64,000 nucleotides of DNA, from positions 3,104,001-3,168,000 of the forward strand of contig OZ219754.1 in assembly GCA_964291295.2 (NCBI GenBank), read 5' to 3'. Below the pieces are notes generated by a model. That model saw nothing but the letters and a program-made list of their open reading frames with translations, had not been told where the DNA came from and made no database searches. This DNA comes from an uncultured Candidatus Binatia bacterium. Lineage in GTDB: Bacteria; Desulfobacterota; Binatia; UBA9968; JAJDTQ01. The stretch's first letter is position 1. Each line of letters starts with the position of its first letter. The position numbers and the translations under genes are program-made. Positions 9,159 through 18,914 of this stretch are shown piece by piece.

Positions 9159-10055
9159 ATGATCGACGCACGAGCGCCCGCGGGATACAAGCCGCCGTGG
9201 CTCAAGGTCCGGCTGCCTTCCGGTGCCCGCTACAACCGCCTCAAGGAGAGCTTCCGGACCTTGAAGCTGCACACCGTGTGCGAAGAGGCCCGCTGCCCCA
9301 ACCTCGCCGAGTGCTGGCAGTCCGGCACCGCCACCCTCATGATCCTGGGGGACGTCTGCACCCGCGGGTGCCGTTTCTGCGCGGTCAGGACCGCCAGAGC
9401 CGGTACCCCGGTGGACGACGACGAGCCTCGCCGCGTGGCCGAGGCTCTGGCGCGCATGGATCTCCGCTACGTGGTTCTCACCTCCGTGGACCGCGACGAC
9501 CTGGCGGACGGCGGCGCCGGCATCTTCGCCGGGACCATCCAGGAGACCCGAAGGCGCTGTCCCGACCTGCTCATCGAGGCGCTGATCCCGGATTTCCGCG
9601 GCGACGTGCGCGCGCTCCGAAAAGTGGTGGACGCCGCCCCGCACGTCATCGGCCAGAACATCGAGACGGTGGAGCGCCTCACCCGCCCGGTTCGGGACGC
9701 GCGCTGCGGCTACGGGCAGACCCTGGACGTGCTGGCGAACGTCAAGACCCTGAACCCCCGCATCCATACCAAGAGCGCGATCCTGCTGGGCCTCGGAGAA
9801 ACGGCCGCGGAGGTGGCGGCCACCATGCGCGACCTGCGCGCCCGGAGCGTGGACATCCTTACCCTGGGCCAGTATCTACAACCCACCCCGAAACACCTGC
9901 CGGTTGCCGAGTTCCTGCATCCGGACCGCTTTCGCGAGTACGAGGAACAGGGCCGGAAGCTCGGCTTTCGTTACGTCGCCGCCGGTCCCATGGTGCGCAG
10001 TTCCTACCGCGCCGCGGAGTTCTTCGTGGAAAAGATGTGCGCCCCGCAGGGCTGA
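9159..10055 (+). CDS. lipA: Lipoyl synthase
   Basis: [19 protein letters not shown], radical-SAM motif CTRGCRFC and C-terminal VRSSY. Confidence 0.97.
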   Translation: MIDARAPAGYKPPWLKVRLPSGARYNRLKESFRTLKLHTVCEEARCPNLAECWQSGTATLMILGDVCTRGCRFCAVRTARAGTPVDDDEPRRVAEALARMDLRYVVLTSVDRDDLADGGAGIFAGTIQETRRRCPDLLIEALIPDFRGDVRALRKVVDAAPHVIGQNIETVERLTRPVRDARCGYGQTLDVLANVKTLNPRIHTKSAILLGLGETAAEVAATMRDLRARSVDILTLGQYLQPTPKHLPVAEFLHPDRFREYEEQGRKLGFRYVAAGPMVRSSYRAAEFFVEKMCAPQG

Positions 10056-10134
10056 GACCGGCTGGCGCGCCGCCAGGGGCGCGGCGGCCAGCACGCCCTC
10101 ACGTGCGCGCGGCGCCTTCCGGCTCGCGGCAAGA

Positions 10135-11199
10135 TCAGCCGAGCCGGTCTCCGGCCAGCTTCGCGCCCTCCACGCGCGCGCGTATCTTGGCGAAGGCCGT
10201 GGCCCGGGCGGTGGAGGTGTCGTCGCCGAACGGCGCGAAGCCGCAGTCGTCGGTGCACCCGAGCCCGTCGGTGCCCAGTCGGGAGGCCGCTTCCAGGATC
10301 CGCTCGCAGACCTCCCGCGCGCTCTCGACCCGGGGATCGATGGGATCGGTGACGCCGATGAACACCCTCTGACCCGCACGCCGTTCCCGCGCGATGATGT
10401 CGAGAACGCGCGGCCGGTCCGCTTCACTGGCCATCTGGATGAAGAACCGGCCGGCCTTTATGGCGAACAGGTCGGGAAGCAGTTCGGCGTAATCGACGTC
10501 CGCGGAGTGGGTGGAGTCCTGGTCGCCCCCGGGACACGTGTGGACGCCGATGCGGCTGCGCTCCGCATCGGAGAACCGCCCGAGCACCGTGTTGTTGAGC
10601 TCCACGAAGTTTCGCAGCAGCCCGCGCGAGGGATCCAGCTTGCAGCACAGCCGCCCTTCGGTGAAATCCATCTGCACGCTGTCCGCGCCGGCCTCGAAGG
10701 CTGACCGGATGTCCTTCTCGCATTCGTTCACCAAGTCGGCGACAAAGACGTCACGCGGATAACCGTCGATGCCGTCCCGGGGATAGATCAGGCTGATGGC
10801 GGACGGCGCGATGACCGCCTGCTTCACCGGCCGGCGGGCATGCCTCCGAGCCGCGGCCACGTACGCTCCCGAATAGGTGGTGTACCGGAACGGTCCGGCG
10901 GTCAGGCGCGGCAACTGCCGCGTGTGGCCGTCTTCGAAAGGAATCAGGACTCCGTCCGGTGCGAGGGTGTCGAGACCCGCCAGCGGGTAGGTCGCGAAGC
11001 TCGGCTTCGACTGCTCTCCGTCGGTGACCACCGGCGAACCCGTCTCCTCCATGGCCGCCACGGTCTCCGCCACCGCCCGGTCCATGGCCTGGCTCAGATC
11101 GGCATCGTCAAGCCGGCCGGCACCGTGCGCGCGCATGGCCTCGACGAGCCAGCCGGGGCGCGGGATGCTGCCGATGGGTTCGGTCGGGATAGTCATCAT
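10135..11199 (-). CDS. Cobalamin-independent methionine synthase II family (MetE C-terminal-like) protein
   Basis: IGSIPRP, VTDGEQ, Zn ligands HTC and DDCGF; single-barrel length of 354 aa. Confidence 0.85.
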   Translation of the reverse strand: MMTIPTEPIGSIPRPGWLVEAMRAHGAGRLDDADLSQAMDRAVAETVAAMEETGSPVVTDGEQSKPSFATYPLAGLDTLAPDGVLIPFEDGHTRQLPRLTAGPFRYTTYSGAYVAAARRHARRPVKQAVIAPSAISLIYPRDGIDGYPRDVFVADLVNECEKDIRSAFEAGADSVQMDFTEGRLCCKLDPSRGLLRNFVELNNTVLGRFSDAERSRIGVHTCPGGDQDSTHSADVDYAELLPDLFAIKAGRFFIQMASEADRPRVLDIIARERRAGQRVFIGVTDPIDPRVESAREVCERILEAASRLGTDGLGCTDDCGFAPFGDDTSTARATAFAKIRARVEGAKLAGDRLG

Positions 11200-11434
11200 T
11201 TCCTCCCCGGATCGAATGGTGCGCCGACTCTACTGGATGTTCGCCGTGACGACAACCATGCAGCCGTCCCTGGAGCGGGTTTCCAGGCGCCAGGCCGCAG
11301 TCCCCGGCAAGACGGATCCGGCGCGCCTCGACAGCCCTGCAACCTGTCCGGCAGGCCGCCCCGACCCTTGCGTGATGGACGGCTGCCTGGGGTCGATCCA
11401 CATGACTCGGCAGACAGTTTGCTCTCATGAGGAG

Positions 11435-11547
11435 GTGCAAGTGTTCCAAGTGCAAGTGTTCTTCATGATTCTGCCTATATGTTATCCATATTTGCATAAA
11501 GTTATCCTTTTTTGGTGAATTCCGAGTGAATCCCGAGTGAATTTTCG
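11435..11547. promoter_or_regulatory. AT-rich divergent promoter region with direct repeats
   Basis: GTGCAAGTGTTC at 11435 and 11450; GTTATCC at 11481 and 11501; GTGAATTCCGA/GTGAATCCCGA/GTGAATTTTCG at 11515, 11526 and 11537. Confidence 0.55.
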
Positions 11548-11624
11548 CGAAACAGGCCGATAGTCTGTCTCGTCGCGGCATCAAGTATCTTGCCGTGGCA
11601 TCGAAACCACGGAAACCATCTGTC

Positions 11625-13177
11625 ATGGACGCCTCCGCGCAGAATCGCTTTTCAGGCCCGGTTGCCATTTTTCAGGAACGGCGCCTTCCCGTGACCGCGA
11701 CGCCGGCGGGCTACGCCGCGCTGATCGGGGCCTACCATCTCCCGGTGCCGCTTCCCCGGAATCTCAGTGCCATTGGTGAGCGGCACAGGCGCATGGCACA
11801 AGGCGGCTGGCGCATCTATTCGCCGCCCTACAGGCCGAACGCAACCCTGGAAGGCCATCTCACCTTCGCCCTGAAACATGAAGGGCTGGACCTCTGGCCG
11901 TCCTCAAGAGGCTCTTTGCCGCGGCCGGCCCCGACGCCATCGCCCATCTGGTCAGGGCCAGGCCCACGGGCGCCTACGCCCGGCGCATCTGGTTCCTCCA
12001 TGAATGGCTGACCGGCACGCGGCTTGACCTCCCGAACGCCCGTCGTGGAGCCTACGCGCCCGTCGTCGATCCGAACCAGCAATATGCCATCTCCGCGAAA
12101 ACCTCTTCGCGGCACCGGGTCAAGAACAATCTCCCCGGCACACCGGACTTCTGTCCGCTGGTGTTTCGCACCGAAGCGCTGGAGCGCTTCATCGCCAAAG
12201 ACCTGCGGACGCGCGCCCGGGAAGCCATTGCCGCCGTGCCGCGCGACCTGCTCGCGCGCACGGCGGCTTTCCTGCTTCTCAAGGATTCGAAATCGAGTTT
12301 CGCCATCGAGAGCGAACATCCGCCGCAGGATCGCATCCAGCGGTGGGCGCGCGCCATCGGTCAGGCCGGGCGGCAGTCCCTCGATCATGACGAACTGCTG
12401 CGGTTGCAACGCCTCGTGATCGGAGATACGCGCTTCGTCCGTCCCGGTCTGCGGACCGAGGGTGGCTTTGTCGGCCAACACGACCGTGAGCCGCGCATGC
12501 CCATACCCGACCACATCAGCGCGCGGCCGGATGATCTGGGACCTTTGCTGGAGGGCATGGCCGCTTTCGACCGGGGAGCCGCGCGTCAACTCGATCCCAT
12601 TGCAGCCGCATCGGTCCTGGCCTTCGGCTTTGTCTACATCCATCCTTTTGACGACGGCAATGGCCGGCTGCACCGTTACCTGATTCACCACGTGCTGGCC
12701 CAGTGCGGTTTCAACCCGCCGGGACTGGCCTTTCCGGTATCGGCGGCCATTCTGGACCGGATCGGAGACTACCGCGCCGCCCTCGAAGACTACTCGCAGC
12801 GGCTGCTGCCGGCGGTACGGTGGGAACCGACAGAACAAGGCAATGTCCGGGTGTTGAACGATACCGGAGATTTCTACCGGTATTTCGACGCCACGCCGCA
12901 AACCGAGTTCCTGTACGGCAGCGTGCAGCGGACCATCGAACTGGATTTGCCGCAGGAAGCCGTATTCCTGCGGCGCCATGACGCGTTTCGGCACCACCTG
13001 AACCTGATCGTGGATATGCCGGACCGCCTGTCGGATCTCCTTTTCCGGTTCCTCCACCAGAACGGCGGCACGCTTTCCCGCCGCGGACGGGAAACGGAAT
13101 TCGCCGCGCTGACGGACCACGAGGTCGCGCGTATCGAGGCCATTTACCGGGAAGAATTCGCCGGCCACCCTTGCTGA
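11625..13177 (+). pseudogene. Fic family protein, frameshifted by an apparent 2-nt (CT) duplication at 11892-11895
   Basis: The first frame ends FALKHEGLDL. The second frame continues AVLKRLF...YARRIWFLHEWL into ORF 12161-13177, which has the Fic motif HPFDDGNGRLHR. Confidence 0.82.
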
Positions 13178-13434
13178 ACGCGAACGGAGGTCATCCCGCG
13201 AAAGCAGAGCGCCGCGGCGGCTGTCGCCGGCGCGGAACAGGCTTGCGCGAACAGGCCGGGTGCAAAGGCGCTCCTGTCGACGAACCTGACAAGCGGGCGG
13301 CGGGCCGAACCCGCGGCGCCCTTCCGCGGCGCCGTTCATCCCGGTGGCCGGCCCGGTGCGAGGAACGCCGCCGCCTTGACATCCCGCCGGAGTGCGTGCA
13401 GGTAAATGGAAAACCGCGCAGGAAAGGAATACGC

Positions 13435-14373
13435 ATGAGCACCCTGATAACCGGCATCGGTCTGGTAGGCACCGCCTTCGCGCAACGCGCCCTCCAACGG
13501 GGCGAGAAGATCATATTCTTCGACATGGCACCCCGGATGGACTTCCTGGAGCGGAAGCTGGGGAAAACCGACGTCACCGTCCTCAAACGGGACATCCGCG
13601 ACCTGCCCGCGCTGATCGACGCCATGCAGACCCACAAGGTGGAGACCGTGCTGCATACCGCCGGCCTCATCGGCGGCGCGGTGGCCGATCCCGTCTACAG
13701 CGGCCTTCAGATCAATGTCATGGGCACGGTGAACGTGGCCGAGGCCGTGCGCCTCACAGGCGTCCGGCGGCTGATCCAGATCAGTACCATGGGCGTGTAC
13801 AACCGCCGCATGGAGGGCGCCCACCCCATCGGCGAGGGTTTCGTCCGGGGCGACGGCAACGCCTACGGCAACTCCAAGGTCGCCAAGGAGCTCATGGTGG
13901 AGGCCTACCAGCGGCTCTACGGGTTCGAACTCCTGGTGCTGCGGCTGGCCAACGTGTTCGGCTTCGGCCACTTTGCCGGCGGCTCCGCCGGCGGCGAGAT
14001 GCTCCAGAACCTGGTGGAGGCCGGCATTCGGGGCGGCGTGGCCCACATTCCGCGGGAGTCCGCGCGGGATTTCGAGTACGTCTACTTCAAGGATGTGGGG
14101 CGGGCCATCGAACTCGCCGCCACCGTTCCCGCCCCGGCTGAGACCACCTTCAACATCGGCACCGGAGTGGTCCTCAAATTCGACGATCTGGTGACCCTGG
14201 TCCAGGGGCTCCTGCCGAACCTGGAGGTGGAGATCATTCCCGGCAAGCCGCCGCGGTCCTCGAAGCAGCCCATGGTCATCGACCGGGCCAGGGAGATGCT
14301 GGGCTGGGAGCCCGAATTCAGCGTCGAAGCCGGCTTCAAGGACTACATCGAAGACTTCAGATCGGCTCCGTGA
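13435..14373 (+). CDS. NAD-dependent epimerase/dehydratase (extended SDR)
   Basis: LITGIGLVG, INVMGT and catalytic YGNSK; RBS AAAGGA upstream. Confidence 0.88.
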   Translation: MSTLITGIGLVGTAFAQRALQRGEKIIFFDMAPRMDFLERKLGKTDVTVLKRDIRDLPALIDAMQTHKVETVLHTAGLIGGAVADPVYSGLQINVMGTVNVAEAVRLTGVRRLIQISTMGVYNRRMEGAHPIGEGFVRGDGNAYGNSKVAKELMVEAYQRLYGFELLVLRLANVFGFGHFAGGSAGGEMLQNLVEAGIRGGVAHIPRESARDFEYVYFKDVGRAIELAATVPAPAETTFNIGTGVVLKFDDLVTLVQGLLPNLEVEIIPGKPPRSSKQPMVIDRAREMLGWEPEFSVEAGFKDYIEDFRSAP

Positions 14374-14471
14374 ACTGACGCCTCGTCCGGGCGGAGAGCC
14401 CGCCACACCTTGACGGGCGCTTCCGGAGCGGCTAATGAACCTCTTCCACGGGCGGCCTTTCCGGCCGCCCG

Positions 14472-14639
14472 GTTCTCGGGTCCCTCACGGGATAAAAGGG
14501 AAACCGGTTGAAATCCGGTGCGGTCCCGCCACTGTGAATGGGAAGGCTTGCCTGAAGCCACTGTTCCCCACCGGGAATGGGAAGGCGGCAAGCCGGTCGA
14601 TGACGACCGGCCCATGAGCCAGGAGACCTGCCCGAGAAT
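14472..14639 (+). ncRNA. Cobalamin riboswitch 1
   Basis: P1 TTCTCGGG/CCCGAGAA; AAAAGGGAAACCGGTTGAAATCCGGTGCGGTCCCGCCACTGT; GCCACTG...GGGAAGG; B12 box GAGCCAGGAGACCTGCC. Confidence 0.95.
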
Positions 14640-14759
14640 CCACCGCAACCATGCTCTCCGAGGAGAGAGGAGGTGTCGCCATCCGCACTTGTACCCTGAA
14701 CGCTCCCGTTCCCGCCCGGTCGAAGCGGCACTGACCTGCGGCCGCCTGCAGCGAACGGG

Positions 14760-15503
14760 ATGCGCCGGCTTCTCTACTGCCTGTTGGGCTCGACGCTGAT
14801 CCACGGTCTGCTCCTGTGGGTACCTTTTCCCATGCGCGCCGGCGGCGAGGACGAGAGCGCTCTTCGGCCGTTGCGGATACGACTGGTGACGGCACCCCGC
14901 GCCGAGCCGGACCGCCGCGTTTCCCGACAGTCCCGACAATCCCGGCAGCACCGTGGAGTGCGGACGGCGGTACCTGCCAAGGCGCGGAAGTCCCCGCCGG
15001 CAAGGAAGCGGCCGGAAACGCCGGCCCGCCCCCGGATGGCGGTCGTGCCGGCACCACCGGAACCTGCCGCCACCACACCGGTTCGAGTCCGCCCGCTGGT
15101 GCAGGAGCCGGGGAAACGGCAGCCAGCCGGCCGTGACGGGAGCGTTGCGGAGAGAACGCATCGCGCCCGCGCCATCGCCCCCGACAAGCCCGCGGACCGG
15201 GGCATCGAGGCCAGCGCCGGTTTCAATCCGGTCCGCTATGCACGGACCGTGAAGCCCCGCTACCCCGCCACGGCACGACGGGCCGGATGGCAGGGCACCA
15301 CCGTTCTCAAGGTACGGGTGGACAGCCAGGGTGCGCCGGACCGGGTCACGGTGGATCGGACTTCCGGCTTCGACATCCTTGATGCGGCGGCCGTCAAGGC
15401 CATGGGACGCTGGAGATTTCATCCGGCGCGCCGCGGCAACCACCGCGTGGCCGCTTGGGTCCGGATCCCGGTGACATTCAAACTGAAGGAGGACAAGCGC
15501 TAG
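14760..15503 (+). CDS. tonB: Energy transducer TonB
   Basis: N-terminal TM with S-x3-H (STLIHG), Pro/Arg-rich linker and TonB_C domain (PRYPATARRAGWQG...SGFDILDAAA...WRFHPA). Confidence 0.88.
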   Translation: MRRLLYCLLGSTLIHGLLLWVPFPMRAGGEDESALRPLRIRLVTAPRAEPDRRVSRQSRQSRQHRGVRTAVPAKARKSPPARKRPETPARPRMAVVPAPPEPAATTPVRVRPLVQEPGKRQPAGRDGSVAERTHRARAIAPDKPADRGIEASAGFNPVRYARTVKPRYPATARRAGWQGTTVLKVRVDSQGAPDRVTVDRTSGFDILDAAAVKAMGRWRFHPARRGNHRVAAWVRIPVTFKLKEDKR

Positions 15504-15538
15504 CAAACCGATTGCGAGTCACCAGCAAACGACAAACT

Positions 15539-15711
15539 GAAGGCGGACGCCAGGGAAAGGGGTGAGAATCCCCTGCTGCCCCGCAACTGTAACGGCGACG
15601 AAAACCGCAACACGAGCCACTGCCCCTGCGACGGGCGGGAAGGCGCGGCGAGTAGGCCGGCAGCATCCAAGGACTGCCAGAAAGCCCAAGCCAGGAGACC
15701 TGTCCGTCTTC
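15539..15711 (+). ncRNA. Cobalamin riboswitch 2
   Basis: P1 GAAGGCGGAC/GTCCGTCTTC; AGGGAAAGGGGTGAGAATCCCCTGCTGCCCCGCAACTGTAA; GCCACTG...GGGAAGG; B12 box AAGCCAGGAGACCTG. Confidence 0.93.
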
Positions 15712-15747
15712 CACAGCAATCCGCTTTCGCGGGAAAGGAAGATTGCC

Positions 15748-17682
15748 ATGAAGTTTCTGTTCCCGGGTGTTGTCACCCTTCTCGTCCTTGTCGTCCTTCT
15801 GACCGTTCAACCCGGCGCCGCGCAGTCCCTGGGAGACGACCCGCGGAAGACTCCGGCTGCCGCCAACGACATCCGGCAGCTTCCCGAAATCGTGGTGTCG
15901 GCCAGCCGCGTACCGCTGGAAGCCAAGGCCGTGGGCAGCGCGGTCACGGTCATCACCGCGGAGGAGATCGAGCGCAGGCAGATCCGCGTCGTATCCGACC
16001 TGTTGCGCCAGGTCCCGGGGTTGGCGGTACACCGTTCCGGCCCCGTCGGCACCCTCACCGCCGTGCGAATCCGCGGCGCCGAAAGCCGCCATACCCTGGT
16101 CGTCATCGACGGCATGAAGGCCAACGACCCGAGCAACACGGGAGCCACGTTCAACTTCGCGAACCTGCTCGCCGCGAACATCGAACGCGTCGAGATCCTG
16201 CGCGGACCGCAGAGCGGCCTCTACGGCAGCGACGCCATCGGCGGCGTGATCAACATCATCACGAAACGGGGGCGAGGGCCGTCGAAGGCGAGTCTGGCCG
16301 TCGAGGGCGGTTCATTCCGAACCGGCAATGTCTCCGCCGGTCTGAGCGGCGGCGGCGACCGCTACCACTACTCCGTGAACGCCGCCGGCTTCAGAACAGC
16401 CGGGATATCCATCGCCGCGGGTGGCGAGAAGGACGGCTACCGGAATCAGACCTACGGTGCCAGACTCGGGTTCGAACCACTCGGACGGCTGGAAATGGAG
16501 TTGTCCGGCCGTTACGTCAAGGACGACGTGGAAACGGACAACGTACCGACGGACAGCAGCGACGAGACCGCCTCGGACCACGCCATGGGCCGCATCCGAC
16601 TCGCCTACAGCCTTTTCGATGGCACATGGAAGCATGCGCTGGAGGCCGCCATGGACCGCACCCGCCGCACCTTCGTTAGCCAGCAGTCGGGAACGTTCCG
16701 GTACGACGGCAGGAAGTCGCGCTTCGGCTACGAGACGAGCCTCTCCTTCGAGACTTCCGCCGTGACCGAGGCCGCGCACACCATCGTCCTGGCCACCGAG
16801 CGGGGGAAGGACACCCGGACATCCGGCGGAACCAGCGACAACGCCACCCACCACGGCTACTCCGGCGAATACCAGCTGGGACTCGCAGACCGGCTCTTTC
16901 TTTCCGGCGGCCTTCGCTACGACGACAACCAACGCTTCAAGGACACGGCCACATTCCGGTTGACGGCGGCCTATGTGTTCGACGGTCTCAGAACGCGCCT
17001 GCACGGCAGCTACGGCACGGGGATCAAGAACCCCACCCTGTCGCAACTGTTCCAGCAGTTCGGCCGCGTCGGACCGAATCCCGACGTCGAGCCGGAGGAA
17101 AGCAGGGGATGGGACATCGGTATCGAGCAGGAACTGGCCGGCGGGCGGCTTGCCGTGGACGCGACCTATTTCGACAACCGTCTCGAGAATCTGATCCATT
17201 GGAACGACGCCGGCACTCCCTGGTCCGTGAACCCCGACGACGACTTCTACGACAACCTGGACGGGACATCGCGAATCCGCGGGCTGGAGCTTGCCCTGAG
17301 GGGCGAACCGGCGGCGGGGTTCAGTCTGTCCGCTCACTACACCTACACCGACGCAAAGGATCCGGACGGCAAACGGCTGCCGCGGCGCGCCCGGCACGTG
17401 GCGAGCGTGAACCTCGGTTACCAATGGCTCGACAGCAGGGCCAACGTCGACCTCGGCGTCGACTACAACGGCGAGCAACCGAACCGGATAACCGATCCCG
17501 TGATGCTGCACGACTTCACCCTGGTCCGCCTCGCGGCCGCCTACAGGATCACCCGGCAAGTCGAACTCTTCGGACGGATCGAAAATCTCCTGAACGCGGA
17601 CTACGAGGAAGTACCCGACTACCAGACCACGGGCATCGGCTTCTTCGCCGGCATCCGGGGCACGCTGGAACTGCTGCCGTGA
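15748..17682 (+). CDS. btuB: TonB-dependent vitamin B12 receptor
   Basis: Signal peptide, TonB box EIVVSASR, plug motifs IRGAESRHTLVVIDG and IERVEILRGPQSGLYGSDAIGGVINIIT; directly behind a B12 riboswitch. Confidence 0.9.
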   Translation: MKFLFPGVVTLLVLVVLLTVQPGAAQSLGDDPRKTPAAANDIRQLPEIVVSASRVPLEAKAVGSAVTVITAEEIERRQIRVVSDLLRQVPGLAVHRSGPVGTLTAVRIRGAESRHTLVVIDGMKANDPSNTGATFNFANLLAANIERVEILRGPQSGLYGSDAIGGVINIITKRGRGPSKASLAVEGGSFRTGNVSAGLSGGGDRYHYSVNAAGFRTAGISIAAGGEKDGYRNQTYGARLGFEPLGRLEMELSGRYVKDDVETDNVPTDSSDETASDHAMGRIRLAYSLFDGTWKHALEAAMDRTRRTFVSQQSGTFRYDGRKSRFGYETSLSFETSAVTEAAHTIVLATERGKDTRTSGGTSDNATHHGYSGEYQLGLADRLFLSGGLRYDDNQRFKDTATFRLTAAYVFDGLRTRLHGSYGTGIKNPTLSQLFQQFGRVGPNPDVEPEESRGWDIGIEQELAGGRLAVDATYFDNRLENLIHWNDAGTPWSVNPDDDFYDNLDGTSRIRGLELALRGEPAAGFSLSAHYTYTDAKDPDGKRLPRRARHVASVNLGYQWLDSRANVDLGVDYNGEQPNRITDPVMLHDFTLVRLAAAYRITRQVELFGRIENLLNADYEEVPDYQTTGIGFFAGIRGTLELLP

Positions 17683-18134
17683 AACCCGGGCCCGGCAACG
17701 TCCCTCCACCGCCAGGGAGCGGCGCACTGGCCGCTCCCTGGCGCGCACGAGGCCGCGGCCGGTGATACGGAACTCGGGGAGCGTGACGGGATTGCGGTAC
17801 CGGCTCGCGAAGTACCGGGTCACGGGACACCGGGTTGTTTGAGGGTATCCTCTTTTCAGGGTATCTTTCCGGTGCGCCGGACACCGGCCTGCGGTCGGCA
17901 CCATGAACGACACACCTTGCGGACCTGCTCCGACCTCCCTTCACCGGAGCGCCGGCCCGGCTGCGGTGCGGGCGGCCGCGGGAAGACGCCCTCGGCCGCC
18001 GCCATGCCCCCCCGGGGCCGGACACGAGGAGGCGGCCGGTTCCCGACATCCCGCACCGGGTGGCGCCACCCGATGCCCCTGCGCGGAGGGATGGCAGGCG
18101 GATTCGGAGCCCGGCGATGCCGGTCAAGGCTAAT

Positions 18135-18229
18135 GGAGAAGGAAGGTGCCCGGTGGCGCCGCTGGTCTTCAAAACCAGTCTGAGGGCCGTAAGGTTCTCG
18201 GAGGGTTCGACTCCCTCCCTTCTCCGCCA
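18135..18229 (+). tRNA. selC: tRNA-Sec(UCA)
   Basis: 95 nt; 8-bp acceptor stem GGAGAAGG/CCTTCTCC plus GCCA; anticodon arm CTGGT-CT-TCA-AA-ACCAG; long variable arm; T arm GAGGG-TTCGACT-CCCTC. Confidence 0.96.
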
Positions 18230-18395
18230 GCCAAGGCACCCGGACCCGGAAGGCTTGGTGCTCAGCGCCGCGGAGTCCCGTGACGCGCCAAGGCCGGCGG
18301 ACCGGAGCAGACCGTCCCGGCGGCCAGTCCCGGCAGGAGACAGGCCGGCCGCGCGCCTCGCTGCCATCCGAAGCGCATCCTGCGGCGCAAGGCTT

Positions 18396-18914
18396 CTAGA
18401 GCGGCGGAATGAAGGCCCCGAACAGAACCCCGGCGAAAAGATCGACGGCGAGGATTTCCTCGAAGATGAAGTAGAAGAAACCCAGCGCCAGGGCGGTGAT
18501 GAAAGTCGAACCGGGCCAGCCGATGCGGCCCTGGTAACGGGTGAAGAAGACCGCGAACAGAAAAGTCGACAAGTAGAATCCGCACAGGAACACCAGCAGC
18601 CCGAACGCGCCGAACCACACGAACATGCGGACGATGAGGCCCAACTCGCCGGCCCGGGGGCCGTGCCCGGCCTCCGCCGTTTCGTCGCCTGCGGTCCCGG
18701 CGGCGTTGGAGAGAACGTCCTCAAGACTGACCTCGAACGCGCTCAGGATGGCTGGCCAGCGCTCCCCGGCCAGGCACAGCGCCGCCAGCACCACGGTGGG
18801 AAACGCCAGCACCAGGGGAACGAAGCCGGCCATGCCCCCGTAGGAGAACGACCAAGTGAAGAACAGCAGCGCGGTGGCCACCAGGATCACACCCAGGAGC
18901 ACCGACCCCTTCAT
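18396..18914 (-). CDS. tctB: Tripartite tricarboxylate transporter small membrane subunit TctB
   Basis: About 4-5 TM helices; ATGA overlap with the tctA stop. Confidence 0.8.
   Translation of the reverse strand: MKGSVLLGVILVATALLFFTWSFSYGGMAGFVPLVLAFPTVVLAALCLAGERWPAILSAFEVSLEDVLSNAAGTAGDETAEAGHGPRAGELGLIVRMFVWFGAFGLLVFLCGFYLSTFLFAVFFTRYQGRIGWPGSTFITALALGFFYFIFEEILAVDLFAGVLFGAFIPPL

Noticed and set aside
11481-11510. Replication origin (TTATCCATA resembles a DnaA box)
   Set aside because: A single mismatched box with no dnaA or rep gene nearby.
3224-18229. Genomic island bounded by tRNA-Leu and tRNA-Sec
   Set aside because: Both tRNA 3' ends point away from the interval, no duplicated att sequence or integrase was seen, and lipA lies inside.
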